Shown piece after piece: positions 30,025-42,812 of a stretch of DNA of 64,000 nt. The stretch spans positions 1-64,000 of the forward strand of contig CBFFRP010000079.1 in assembly GCA_965644295.1 (NCBI GenBank), read 5' to 3'. Source of the stretch: Paraphysomonas bandaiensis. Lineage: Eukaryota; Protista; Chrysophyceae. Made by a program: the position numbers and the translations under genes. The notes under the pieces were generated by a model. The model was not told the DNA's origin. It saw nothing but the letters and a program-made list of their open reading frames with translations, and did not search any database. Positions within the stretch are counted from its first letter, which is position 1. Each line of letters begins with the position of its first letter.

Positions 30025-33000
30025 CTAGGAATTAGGCCAATTTAGAACAGTAAAGTGTCCACCCGCTGCAGCAGCATCGATGCAAGTATCTTCATTCCAA
30101 GGACATGGAGGGCGGCTCTTTGAACGAAGCCACTGCAGTACACCCAAGTGTCCACCCGCTGCAGCAGCAGTGCAAGTATCTTCATTCCAAGGACATGGAA
30201 AGATCTGTGAACGAAGCCACTTCAGTACAGCCAAGTGTCCACCTCTTGCAGCAGCAGTACAAATCTCTTCATTCCAAAGACATGATGGGTTCTCTGAACG
30301 AATCCACCGCAGAGCAATCAACTGTCCACCCCTAGCAGCCTTAATGCACGCCTCTCCATCCGAAAGACATGGAGATTTCACGAGACGAAGCCAATCCAGA
30401 ATACTCGTGTGTGCACCCCTACCAGCAGCTTCGATACAGACCAAATCATCCTCTAGACATGGAGGGTTCAGTGAACGAATCCACTGTACAACCATCAAAC
30501 GTCCAGCACTAGCAGCAGCCTCCATGCAAAGTCGTTTACTCCAGGGACATTGAGGGTCCTGTGAACGAAGCCACTGCAGTACAGCCAACTGTCCACCTCT
30601 TGCAGCAGCACGGCAAGTCGCTTCATTCCAAGGACATGGAGGGTCCTGTGAACGAAGCCACTGCAGTACACCCAAGTGTCCACCCGCTGCAACAGCACAG
30701 CAAGTCGCTTCATTCCAAGGACATGGAGGGTCCTGTGAACGAAGCCACTGCAGTACACCCAAGTGTCCACCCCCTGCAGCAGCACGGCAAGTCGCTTCAT
30801 TCCAAAGACATGGAGGGTCCTGTGAACGAAGCCACTGCAGTACACCCAAATGTCCACCCCCTGCAGCAGCACGGCAAATCTCTTCATTCCAAGGACATGG
30901 AGGGATCTGTGAACGAAGCCACTGCAGTACATCATAGTGTCCACCCCCTGCAGCAGCAGTGCAAATCTTTTCATTCCAAAGACATGATGGGTTCTCTGAA
31001 CGAATCCACTGCAGAGCAATCAACTGTCCACCGCTAGCAGCCTTAATGCACGCCTCTCCATCCGAAAGACATGGAGATTTCACGAGACGAAGCCAATCCA
31101 GAATACTCGTGTGTGCACCCCTACCAGCAGCTTCGATACAGACCAAATCATCCTCTAGACATGGAGGGTTCAGTGAACGAAGCCACTTTAGAACATTCAA
31201 GTTTCCTACCCTAGCAGCAGCCTCCATGCAAGTCTCTCCTTCCATTAGACATGGAGGGTCCTGTGAACAAACCCACTCCATAACATTCCTGTATCTCCCC
31301 TCTGCAGCACTCGCAATGCATTTCCATGAATCCCAAGGACATGGAGGGATCTGTGAACGAAGCCACTGCAGTACAGCCAAGTGTCCACCTCTTGCAGCAG
31401 CAGTACAAATCTCTTCATTCCAAAGACATGATGGGTTCTCTGAACGAATCCACCGCAGAGCAATCAACTGTCCACCCCTAGCAGCCTTAATGCACGCCTC
31501 TCCATCCGAAAGACATGGAGAGTTCACGAAACGAAGCCAATCCAGAATACTCGTGTGTGCACCCCTACCAGCAGCTTCGATAAAGACCAAATCATCCTCT
31601 AGACATGGAGGGTTAAGTGAACGAATCCACTGTACAACCATCAAACGTCCAGCACTAGCAGCAGCCTCCATGCAAAGTCGTTTACTCCAGGGACATAGAG
31701 GGTCCTGTGAACGAAGCCACTGCAGTACAGCCAAGTGTCCACCTCTTGCAGCAGCACGGCAAGTCGCTTCATTCCAAGGACATGGAGGGCGGCTCTTTGA
31801 ACGAAGCCACTTCAGTACACCCAAGTGTCCACCCGCTGCAGCAGCAGTACAAATCTCCTCATTCCAAAGACATGGAGGGATCTGTGAACTAAGCCACTGC
31901 AGTACAGCCAAGTGTCCACCTCTTGCAGCAGCAGTACATATCTTTTCATTCCAAAGACATGATGGGTTCTCTGAACGAATCCACCGCAGAGCAATCAACT
32001 GTCCACCCCTAGCAGCCTTAATGCACGCCTCTCTATCCGAAAGACATGGAGAGTTCACGAAACGAAGCCAATCCAGAATACTCGTGTGTGCACCCCTACC
32101 AGCAGCTTCGATAAAGACCAAATCATCCTCTAGACATGGAGGGTTCAGTGAACGAATCCACTGTACAACCATCAAACGTCCAGCACTAGCAGCAGCCTCC
32201 ATGCAAAGTCGTTTACTCCAGGGACATTGAGGGATCTGTGAACGAAGCCACTGCAGTACAGCCAAGTGTCCACCTCTTGCAGCAGCACGGCAAGTCGCTT
32301 CATTCCAAGGACATGGAGGGATCTTTGAACGAAGCCACTTCAGTACACCCAAGTGTCCACCCGCTGCAGCAGCAGTACAAATCTCCTCATTCCAAAGACA
32401 TGGAGGGTCTTGTGAACTAAGCCACTGCAGTACAGCCAAGTGTCCACCTCTTGCAGCAGCAGTACAAATCTTTTCATTCCAAAGACATGATGGGTTCTCT
32501 GAACGAATCCACTGCAGAGCAATCAACTGTCCACCCCTAGCAGCCTTAATGCACGCCTCTCCATCCGAAAGACATGGAGAGTTCACGAAACGAAGCCAAT
32601 CCAGAATACTCGTGTGTGCACCCCTACCAGCAGCTTCGATAAAGACCAAATCATCCTCTAGACATGGATGGTTAAGTGAACGAATCCACTGTACAACCAT
32701 CAAACGTCCAGCACTAGCAGCAGCCTCCATGCAAAGTCGTTTACTCCAGGGACATAGAGGGTCCTGTGAACGAAGCCACTGCAGTACATCCAAGTGTCCA
32801 GCCGTTGCAACAGCAGTGCAAGTATCTTCATTCCAAGGACATGGAGGGATCTGTGAACGAAGCCACTGCAGTACATCCAAGTGTCCAGCCGTTGCAACAG
32901 CAGTGCAAGTATCTTCATTCCAAGGACATGGAGGGTCCTGTGAACGAAGCCACTTCAGTACATCCAAGTGTCTAGCCGTTGCAGCAGCAGTGCAAGTATC

Positions 33001-33606
33001 TTCATTCCAAGGACATGGAGGGTTCTGTGAACGAAGCCACTTCAGTACCTCCAAGTGTCCACCTCTTGCAGCAGCAGCGCAAGTATCTTCATTCCAAGGA
33101 CATGGAGGGCGGCTCTCTGAAAGAAGCCACTTCAGAACACCCAAGTGTCCACCCGCTGCAGCAGCACGGCAAGTATCTTCATTCCAAGGACATGGATGTG
33201 GCCGTGAACGAAGCCACTTCAGAACACCCAAGTGTCCACCTCTAGCAGCATACTCTGTAGCTTTATGTTCACATCTTCTACCCCATATATCTATAGGATC
33301 CTGTGTATGTGTATCTATGAGGCTCATGATGTATTTCAACAACTCTAATCTGCCGTATAGTGCGCATCTATTCATTAGCAGTGTATGTGGCCAGCCCATA
33401 GACAGAGCACGTGAGACCATTGTGTTCTTCTTACAAATGCGAGATAGACTCATATCAGCTTTCATGCGAAGTTTCTTACAAGTCCTTATCAGAGAAAGAA
33501 CATCTGTGTATGGGATCATAGAGATGATAATATGAAACACATCATCATGAAGATCATATAGATTCATTTTATTATCAAGGATAGATATATTCGACATGTT
33601 ATTCAT
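30025..33606 (-). CDS. F-box-like plus ankyrin-like (CPW-type) repeat protein, intronless
   Basis: N-terminal LYDLHDDVFHIIISMIPYTDVLSLIRTCKKLR; about 40 repeats of type AARGGHL.VL.WLRSQ.PPCPWNE.TC. Confidence 0.88.
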   Translation of the reverse strand: MNNMSNISILDNKMNLYDLHDDVFHIIISMIPYTDVLSLIRTCKKLRMKADMSLSRICKKNTMVSRALSMGWPHTLLMNRCALYGRLELLKYIMSLIDTHTQDPIDIWGRRCEHKATEYAARGGHLGVLKWLRSRPHPCPWNEDTCRAAAAGGHLGVLKWLLSESRPPCPWNEDTCAAAARGGHLEVLKWLRSQNPPCPWNEDTCTAAATARHLDVLKWLRSQDPPCPWNEDTCTAVATAGHLDVLQWLRSQIPPCPWNEDTCTAVATAGHLDVLQWLRSQDPLCPWSKRLCMEAAASAGRLMVVQWIRSLNHPCLEDDLVFIEAAGRGAHTSILDWLRFVNSPCLSDGEACIKAARGGQLIALQWIRSENPSCLWNEKICTAAARGGHLAVLQWLSSQDPPCLWNEEICTAAAAGGHLGVLKWLRSKIPPCPWNEATCRAAARGGHLAVLQWLRSQIPQCPWSKRLCMEAAASAGRLMVVQWIRSLNPPCLEDDLVFIEAAGRGAHTSILDWLRFVNSPCLSDREACIKAARGGQLIALRWIRSENPSCLWNEKICTAAARGGHLAVLQWLSSQIPPCLWNEEICTAAAAGGHLGVLKWLRSKSRPPCPWNEATCRAAARGGHLAVLQWLRSQDPLCPWSKRLCMEAAASAGRLMVVQWIRSLNPPCLEDDLVFIEAAGRGAHTSILDWLRFVNSPCLSDGEACIKAARGGQLIALRWIRSENPSCLWNEEICTAAARGGHLAVLQWLRSQIPPCPWDSWKCIASAAEGRYRNVMEWVCSQDPPCLMEGETCMEAAARVGNLNVLKWLRSLNPPCLEDDLVCIEAAGRGAHTSILDWLRLVKSPCLSDGEACIKAASGGQLIALQWIRSENPSCLWNEKICTAAAGGGHYDVLQWLRSQIPPCPWNEEICRAAAGGGHLGVLQWLRSQDPPCLWNEATCRAAAGGGHLGVLQWLRSQDPPCPWNEATCCAVAAGGHLGVLQWLRSQDPPCPWNEATCRAAARGGQLAVLQWLRSQDPQCPWSKRLCMEAAASAGRLMVVQWIRSLNPPCLEDDLVCIEAAGRGAHTSILDWLRLVKSPCLSDGEACIKAARGGQLIALRWIRSENPSCLWNEEICTAAARGGHLAVLKWLRSQIFPCPWNEDTCTAAAAGGHLGVLQWLRSKSRPPCPWNEDTCIDAAAAGGHFTVLNWPNS

Positions 33607-33784
33607 AGTGTATATGAGACTAACAGTACTGACAAATAATGAGATGAATTCATATGCATATTACAGTATGATACATCCCTCTACAGCACATACGGCACAT
33701 ACCCATGTCATGATACAGCATACCATATATGGATGGGGACACGACTACAGAAAAGAAATTTCCTCAACACGGACCGACGTACCA

Positions 33785-34046
33785 ACATACATACATACAT
33801 ACATACATACATACATACATACATACATACATACATACATACATACATACATACATACATACATACATACATACATACATACATACATACATACATACAA
33901 ACATACATACATACATACATACATACATACATACATACATACATACATACATACATACATACATACATACATACATACATACATACATACATACATACAT
34001 ACATACATACATACATACATACATACATACATACATACATACATAC
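33785..34046. repeat. (ACAT)n microsatellite, about 260 bp
   Basis: Read directly. Confidence 0.98.
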
Positions 34047-34731
34047 AAACCATTTTCACGACACGCGTTCTTAACAAAAAAAAACCTCCTATGGGTAGGT
34101 TTTGTAAAAGGTAGGATTTTTCCGAGGTTTTTTGGTAGTTTTTTTTGTTAAGAACGGCTGTTATGTACCTATATACATACTCGTAGTACACTCTATCAGT
34201 CCAAGTCACCATCAGGAGCAGCACCTATCGACCAGTTTCAAGTACATACATACACACACATACATACATCCTTAAGCTCCATATATATACATATATACCC
34301 ATATATCACAAGAGACTCTCATATCTCTCTATTCATACCTTTATTATGTCTATGGAATCAATTGAATAGATTTCAGATAATACTTTCATATCATCCAATC
34401 ATTAGAATGAATTTTTATTAGTATTCTATTCATTCAATAGCCATACAAGGCTTCAGTAGTTGAATGTCTAGAACACATCGTTCTGGTCATACAGTGCCAT
34501 CTATTCAACCAAATGAAATATTTAAATTTCATCAGAATACAACAGGCATAAAATTGGTATAAAATTATTCATTTTGATTATAAAAATGACTATGAATTTC
34601 ATCATAAGGTTGTCGAATGGATTAGTACTGTAGGAATCATATGTGATTTAGATGTTTGTGTATTATTTTATGATGAACGAGTAAGTATAAATGATTGATT
34701 ATTATATTTACATTGATATTTATGATTATAG

Positions 34732-37700
34732 GCTCGATTTATTGAGAAATTGAATGCAGATAAGCCAATCAGCCGAGACAAAAGCACAAAGTTAGAGGCA
34801 GATATCGACTGCACTACAAGAGCGTCCTCACATCAAGAGATTGTTAACATAGACTTGGTCTCTGTTGACCCTAATACATCGGCAATTGTTTTATTTGTGG
34901 ATGGGGGAGAGCGAAATTTTCAGTTGGTGCAGCGACTTATGGTGCACTGCGCACAGGAGAACGTAGATCGTGGGGATAGCTTGTCTAAGGCTGCACAGGG
35001 GGCATTTATGACTCAGGCTCTGTTCAGCTGCGCAAGTCGTACACATAAAGAAGCTGAAGGTGTTGTGCTGAGTGTGCTGTATAAAGACGGGTGGAATGAT
35101 GATGGATCACATTGCTGGCGCATGAAAAACTTGTACGACAGTGTATTCATTGTAACGTCCCGTGAAAAGGATACACATTGTGCACATGTCGCCACTGCTA
35201 TCGTTCCAGCGTTTGAAAAATATAGGCCACGTTTATTTCCCTCTGTGAAATCAATATGTTCTGTGTTGTCATCGAAGTCTCTTCCACAACTTAAAGAACA
35301 CTTCAAGACAGGAGCCCGTGCTGATGGACTCAATATTAAAGAGTTTACTGAGACTATTTTGAGACAGCTGTACGCAACCCATGCAAAGGTTATAGAAGAG
35401 GAGGAGTGTTCGCATACGGTGGCTGTTATTCAGGTATGTGCTACTATTATCTACAGTTTCTCTCATGTCTTGACGGCATCATTGCGTGTTTGTGGATTAT
35501 CAGCTGTGATCTATCATTGACTTGCATGACATTTTCATATATCTATTACAAAATAAACACCGCGATATTCTATGTTATTTCATTTGTTACTGGTATATTG
35601 TTATGATTTTGCAACAGGAAATGTTTTGTCAAATGAATTTCAACAAAGATGCCGTTGTCGACTGGGATGAATTTACAAGTTTTTGCATTCAAACCGACGT
35701 GTCGTCCACTAACATGCACACTGGGACGTTAGATGACTATGTAATCGCCTATACCCAAGACAATAATATCGTATGCAACGGACTAACTAGCTACTCGCCT
35801 CTTGTGGCAATGAAATATATACCACAAGAGAAGCGGATTATGGTCATTCCAGAAAGCTACGACAAAGTTATCATATTCAACGAGAAATTTGAGCTATTGT
35901 CGGTTCTTGATCCCACCAAAGTTCCGGATGCGGCTGACCCCAATGAGAAGATAAAGATCCATGATGTAATTTACATTGCATCGAAGGATCTGTACACTTA
36001 CTGTGCGTCGGACCATTCTATCGTTGCTTGTAGAGAGCACAGCAGTTTCAACAAGAAACGTATTCACTACACTACAGTATTCAAAATATTTTCTAGTTTT
36101 TTACATTTGAAGCTGTGTTGGAGTGAAGGAAGCAACACACTGTGCTCGGTGGGAGCAGATAATATGATATTTGGATGGGATATAGGGAGCGGAGATCAGA
36201 TACCTGTGTTTCATATATCTCGCCATCGAGATGTTATTACCGACTTTATAGCCGTCGACGACTTGGATATTTATATCACATGCTCTTTGGACAAGAAGAT
36301 AGTTTTGTGGAGCCAGACCAGTCGTAGGGTTAAGGGTGTGTTAATGGGTCATAAACGAGGAGTTCGGTGTTTGTCATATGCGAAAGGGGTTTTGCTTTCT
36401 GCAGGGTTTGAATGTGAAGCCCGTACATGGGACTTAGCCACAAAGGAGCCTTCACTTGTACTGCGAGGACACCGAAAGCCCATTGTTGCGGCCAAAATTA
36501 TGTCCCCACCCTATTCTGGAAGTGATTTAAGGGCGATGACAGTGGATGACGACGGTGAATTCCGACTATGGAACATTCTAGTTCGTGAACGCAGCCATAA
36601 TACTGGAATGGCAGAGGTTTTGCAGGTGTTCACACTTCATATCGCTGACGCAGGATCGCATCAAGTGGCAAAAGTGCGCTTTCTTGAATTGCCTTATGAC
36701 CCGCAGTACTCTCAAGGAGGGACTTATTCTAATGTAATAGCAGGGTCCCCATCACTCATACACGTTACTCCAGAAAAAAATGTGTCTGAGTTTCTTCCCC
36801 CAGTGTGTATATGCTGTTCTGAGGCCAGTGCAGTTATAATGACTGGAGTGGGACGGAGTTTGCTTAAATATGATATCAGTAGTGGCGAATTTCAGTCCTC
36901 TTTTCCAAACATTGAATCTTCGGACATATGTTGCTTCGGGTTGGATGGCTACTACGGTCGGAAGGTATATGTGGGTTGTTCCAGTGGTCGGTTATTGCTC
37001 ATGAATTTTACAACTGGGGCTATTCTTGACTCCACGATGATCAGCTCGCGTTCAATCACCTGCGTGGATACGATGACTGAAGGCTCCAGCAACCTTGTGT
37101 GCGTAGGGTCCTCAGATGGTCGGGTTACTAGTCTAGAGGAGTTATCTGGAAAACTCTCGGTCCGTGGCTGCGCAGAGCAGCTTATCGGTGACAATTGTGG
37201 AATCGAGCACATATGTGCAGTGGAATCTCTCAAAGTCATCGTCGCAGCATCTGGAGGAAAACACTGGGGTGTGTGGGATGTCACTACATTCCGTCGGGTC
37301 TTGATAATAGCGGAGCTGGCGATCATTTCAGGCATTGAAGTACTGGGTGCATCATGTGATAAGAGGGACATTAAGGAGACAATGGCAAGTGGGTTGCCCT
37401 TAGAAAACAACCATTTACTTACACTTGCCGTATGTGTTGGCACCAATATTCGTATATATACAGTTGACACCTTTCACGCAAAGATCACAGTCACCCATTG
37501 CTTACTACAAAAGGAACCGAGATATCTTACTACCATGAAAATTCTTCGCTGTCCGAATAAGAGGTCACTGAACTACTCATCTGTCAACCCTAACTTTCCC
37601 AACTCTGAGCGATCATACGGTGATGCTATAGTAGCTGCCACGGAGGAAGGATACCTAGTTACTTGGGAAGCCACACACCTACGGTCAGAAAGTATACAAC

Positions 37701-40320
37701 GCCACTCGCAGTACTTTACCGGATCTCGATATGGGTTAGAACCTCAGAGCAGAGCAGTGACTCCTCGGGCTGAAGATACCACCACTACTGATCTTAGCTT
37801 TTTGGCTACCACTTCTTTGAGTGATGATGAGAGTGTGGGTTCACATGCAGGGCTTCTAAACGACCATGACTCGGAGAGTGATAGTATCAATGTGGATCAA
37901 AATACGTGCGGCATGGGCCCCACGGAATCAGCGAAAGTATCCGTTGATGATAGCTTAAAAGTGATTTCAGCTGAAGCATTAAGCCGACGAGAACAAAGAG
38001 AGTTGAGGGTCAAGATGCAGTCTAGTCTGTCGCAGTTTCGAATCATAACGAGCAATGTGAACGTCATGGGTGACGATAGCATGTTGTATGCAACGTCTAT
38101 ATGCACTTTTCAAGCACACAACGACTCCATTCCTGCTATTGCTGCTTTAAATGACAATGGGTGTATTATCACAGTATCACTGGATGGTTACCACCGAATT
38201 TGGAATCTAGATGCATGTTGTCTTGGGGAGCTCCCCCTTCCTAATATTCCCGATACGATGAAGAGTACCAAACTATTCAAAGACTGTCCCGAGGAATCTC
38301 GGTGGAAATTTATATCTGAGAGTATCCCTGTGTTGTTGTCACATAAAAACTTTGCCAAGAAGTTAATATCATCTATAACCGAAGACTCGAAGATACATAA
38401 CCTGAGCTCCGTGGAGGTCATGAGTATGAGGCGGGGGTCGCGCAAAGCGGTTGTTAGTGCTATTGATGATAATCGAACAGCGAATATATATAAGTTGCGG
38501 ACCCAAATGCTGTCTGTAAAGTCACCAAATTCTGAGTCCAGATGTGCTTTATTAAAGGATCTCCGTAATTGTTCCCCTGGCACCAGCGATATTGATGATG
38601 GCAACAATCCAGTTCCTCGAACTGGTAATGGACATCGTGCTATATCAACCAAATGGCAGTCCCAGACGTGCCCTGACAGTTCTAATGCTCCTGATAAAAG
38701 ATGCAGTACTGCGCCCAACAAATTATTTCCCCCTCAAGCAACGAGGGGAAGAGCTCGACCCAAAACAGCTTCGGTGTCAAAACGATCAAATAACCGCGCC
38801 CCATCAACAAGCAATGATAGTCTACCGCAGTGTATGACGAAGCCAAAAACTAACAACAACCAACCACTTAAGCTTCTGGGCGTCGGAGATTCAAGCGAAT
38901 CATCTGTCCATTCGAAGACGATATCCCGACAAGAGTCGACTGATTCTATGTGGTCATCCCCGGACAAACTTGTTGCAACTGAGGAAGCATTTTCAGATCA
39001 CTCAATTGCTCGCGGTCAGAGTGACGGTTTAATTGATACAGAGGGGCACAAACTTCTTCGTAGCCTTAGTAAGAGTCAGGATAAAAAGAGTGCATATAAA
39101 AATTCAGTACCGCAAATGTATCTTAGAAATCCGAAACTATCTACTCAAGTTGAAGTTCCTCGTTTAGGTACTATTGATCCGACAGAGGTAGTCTTTGGCA
39201 CCCAAAAGGTAAGGTTTGCATTCTTTGTCGTATCACTGATTGTAATTATTAATTATGATAGAATATGTATAAGCATGCAAATTCGAATATTGCCCACTCG
39301 AAGAAAGCAAGTAGTACTGCCGCCCAGCATGCAATTTCTGTATCTCGAATCAACCACCACCTTCGTAGCATTGGTAAAATGGTTCGTGTTGATGCACCCC
39401 CTATTCACGAAGTCACCGATCTGCCGGGTGATATCGCGGGTATTGATTCTACACTTATGACCACTGACAGTTCGGCGGTTATCACATGTTCTGACGGGAA
39501 GACAGTGTGTATTGACGGAGAATCGCCTGAGACGCACAAAAAGCTGAACCTAGATCGCATAAAAAAGTTAATGACTAAAGTGCTTCACGCTGAGACGACA
39601 GGCATTCCGGAGTGGGAATCTAGACTGATGAAGAAGCACTATAGCAACTCAAAGAAAGCCAAGGCTCTGAAAAGGATGACCTCTTCGGCTGATGCTAATG
39701 TAGCTATGCTTGAGAAAAAGCTTGCGGCTTCTATACGAAGCACGTTCAGCCACACTGTTGGTACTACCTCCGCGAAGAGTATACTCACGAGTCGCATGCT
39801 TTTGCCATTTTATAAGTTGTCAGATGTGCAGCACTTCCTTCATATTTTTCAGAAGGTGGACCAGGATTATTCAGGAGATCTGGATCCGGAAGAGTGGTGC
39901 GAGTTTTTTGTTGCACTAGATAAAACTGTTAGCCGGAAGCAGGCGCGGACAATATTTAACCGCATTGATTCTAGTGGAAATGGGTGCTTGTCTGTGAAAG
40001 ATTTAGTACCTGTTGTATTTAGCAATGCGAATAAATCTCTACAAGGTACTATACTTAAATATGTTGAATTGGAGCTGTCGAAGCGTAAAATATTTGGGAA
40101 GAACTTCTTGAAAGAATCTGACCTAGATGTGCTGTTCGAGTATTATGATGTGCAAGGCGTGGGATACATCTTGATATCTACTTTTCGGGAAAAAGTTCGC
40201 CCATTACAAATACCCGAAGCTGCACGTTATGCTATACTTGATCACGTTAAAGATATTGACGATGATGAGATGCTGAATGCTCAAGAGTTCATAAGGATAT
40301 TTCGTCCTTATTGTATGTAA
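34732..40320 (+). CDS. Large multi-exon WD40-repeat and EF-hand protein (WDR49/EFCAB8-like architecture); 5' end unresolved
   Basis: Introns ~34681-34731, 35434-35617, 39209-39261 (GT-AG, frame-preserving); EF-like VDWDEF, WD40 repeats (GHKRGV, GHRKPI, RLWN, RIWN), C-terminal EF hands DQDYSGDLDPEE and DSSGNGCLSVKD. Confidence 0.8.
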
Positions 40321-40738
40321 AATGTTTGTTCAGAATGTTGTCGTAGTATATATTAGTTTCACTTTGTGCTTTTTCCAATTATTGTATGTTGGGCTCGAAG
40401 TATGGTTGCTGTGATTATGTGTGTGAGTTTGTGTGACGTCAGGAGAGATAGTGTTGTACGAGTTTTAGCTCAAATGAGCACTCAATTAATGTGAGTGAAT
40501 GCACTGACTACAGACACCGTTCTCTAGTTAAAACCGTTTCCCCTCGCCTAAGTTTATCCCATACACTTTTCACGAAATGCTAGAATTTAGGGTTAGGGTT
40601 AAGATTTAATGGTAGGAGTAGGGCGTCCCCCTGATTACCCGCACCTCTTGACTCTGAAGGACTACACGCCCGTGGGGAGCTCTCACACTTAATTAAGGAC
40701 TCAAAATCCTGAGGTCAGCAGATGTCAGCTATATGAAC

Positions 40739-40925
40739 TTCTGCTCGCTTCCTGCGTTTGCTTTGAACGATGGAGCGAAAGTGGTTGCACCTTGGTGCTT
40801 GCGGTGACGCACAAGCTGCTTTTGTAGCGAAAAATAGTAGGATATCAGAGTTAAGCACTAGTTGGTTAAATTGCAATGCTACATTAGTTCTGCCTCTTAC
40901 ACGTCTATTGCTAATAAGATATTTA
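40739..40925 (+). repeat. Dispersed repeat family A, copy 2
   Basis: See 23504. Confidence 0.85.
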
Positions 40926-41962
40926 CTACAAGAGGCTACAAGGTATTTGGAAAGATGCAATTAGTTGTCAATTCAAGAGACGCTATTGAGAGATGATTTT
41001 GTATGCTCGTTCAACGATGGAGTATATTGTGCAAAATGTTTGTGTTTGCCCTTTCATAAATATGTAGTAGGTCAAAACGAAGTTCCATAGATCCATAGAT
41101 TCCGTGGCGACACCGTGGCATCAAATTACCCATGATTCTTACAGTGTTGAGTTATGCCCATTCATACAGTTCAGCCAAGTTCCCAATAAAAGATTCGCTG
41201 CGTTCTTTTCTCTCGGCTTTAGGTGATCATAGATCTATTAACTCTAATGGTACCTCCTCCGCAGGGAGAGTACTGCCTGCCATGTCAAGCACCATTATAA
41301 CTAGAGTGTTTTATTCATTAAAGTGAGGTATTTTGTTACAGATCTAATTTTGGATTAGGGTAATAATGTAAATGAACTTAACTAATTTTACAATAAATCC
41401 CAAAATAAAATTTATATGATGTAGTATTTTATATTATTGTGGTGACCACTGATTCGTATACTTGTAATACCATCGAGACCAGTTATAAGCAGTAATGACT
41501 AGGGGTGGAATGCTATACTTAGACAGCTTGACACAGAATAGTTCAACATTATGGTATAGTTCAACATGAATGGCGTATCCCCATCCTCGCTCGTAATTGA
41601 AGCTAAGATATATGATATATTAATCTTGATTATTTGTGGTTAAACTTAAACTTTGCTAAATAATCAGAGAAATTTCTTAATAGTCAATTAGTTAAAATTG
41701 TGATAGACATATCCTAATAAAACATTTCACTTTGTCTATTGTAATGCTTCATAGCATATCATTAACTTTATATCATTAACTAGACTCTCCATCAGAGCTA
41801 AGGAACAATATAGTGCCTCATCAATAATATAAATGGAGTTTTTAAGCCAATCTAACAATACGATTGCAATATCTTACTAATATAGTAGTATCATCGTTGT
41901 TCAATGAAGCACTTATGTAGATATCTTTAATTAGATGTAGTTCTAGTCATCGTATAGGGATC

Positions 41963-42421
41963 ATTTGTATATTTTTGTTCAAAGATGCTTCTAATATTGA
42001 GACTACAATTGTCTGTATTTTAGCCGTAGTTGTATTGCAGTAATATAGAGGATTTTTGATTCAATTTATTCCCGAAAAATAAGATACTGACTGCTGATAC
42101 GATGAAGATCGCATGATTTACTAACTGATTGCTACTTAGCTTGTCATAACATTCTTTGAACTCTCATAAGATGATGTATGTTCTTATTACCACATTCATG
42201 ACTGTGATCAGAATTGATGAGCTCATTGACTCTGTCGCTCTGAATTTAAGTCTTAAGTCGACTGTACATGTGTATAGGCATCCTTTGTATATTTTTGTTC
42301 AAATATGCTTCTAATATTGAGACAAAAATTATCTGTATTCTTGCCGTAGTTTTATTAAAGTTATATAGAGTATATTTACTTCAATTTATTTCCGAAAAAT
42401 AAGATGCTGCCTGCCCATACG
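41963..42421 (+). repeat. Two copies of dispersed repeat family B
   Basis: ~41963-42100 and ~42283-42421. Confidence 0.88.
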
Positions 42422-42611
42422 ATGAATATACAGCAGTCAAATCTGGGTTTTTAGAGTGTCAAAATCAGGGGTTTTATATTTAAGAAGAGCACATTTTACT
42501 GGTTATTATATGTTTGGTAATCAAAAAAACAGTATACAGCTAAAAACCTGGTAGTTTTTGCCTGTCTTTTTCCCACATCAATACATGCTTTCCATGTACA
42601 GGTACGTAAGA

Positions 42612-42812
42612 ACTGTACGTGAATATGTATATACAGCAGTACTGTACATAAATATGTATATAAGTACTCTGTACGTGAATATGTATATAAGTACTGTACA
42701 TGAATATGTATATAAGTACTCTGTACGTGAATATGTATATAAGTACTGTACGTGACTATGTATATAAGTACTCTGTACGTGAATATATATACAGTACTGT
42801 ACGTGAATATGT
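42612..42812. repeat. 25-27-bp minisatellite (ctgtacgtgaatatgtatataagta[ct])
   Basis: About 8 tandem units. Confidence 0.9.

Noticed and set aside
30080-33535. Many antisense and alternative-frame ORFs; repeat array resembling CRISPR
   Set aside because: Shadows of the ankyrin-like coding repeats; units are in-frame codons with no unique spacers and no cas genes
40586-40601. TTTAGGGTTAGGGTTA telomere-like sequence
   Set aside because: Only about two units and interstitial; too short to call
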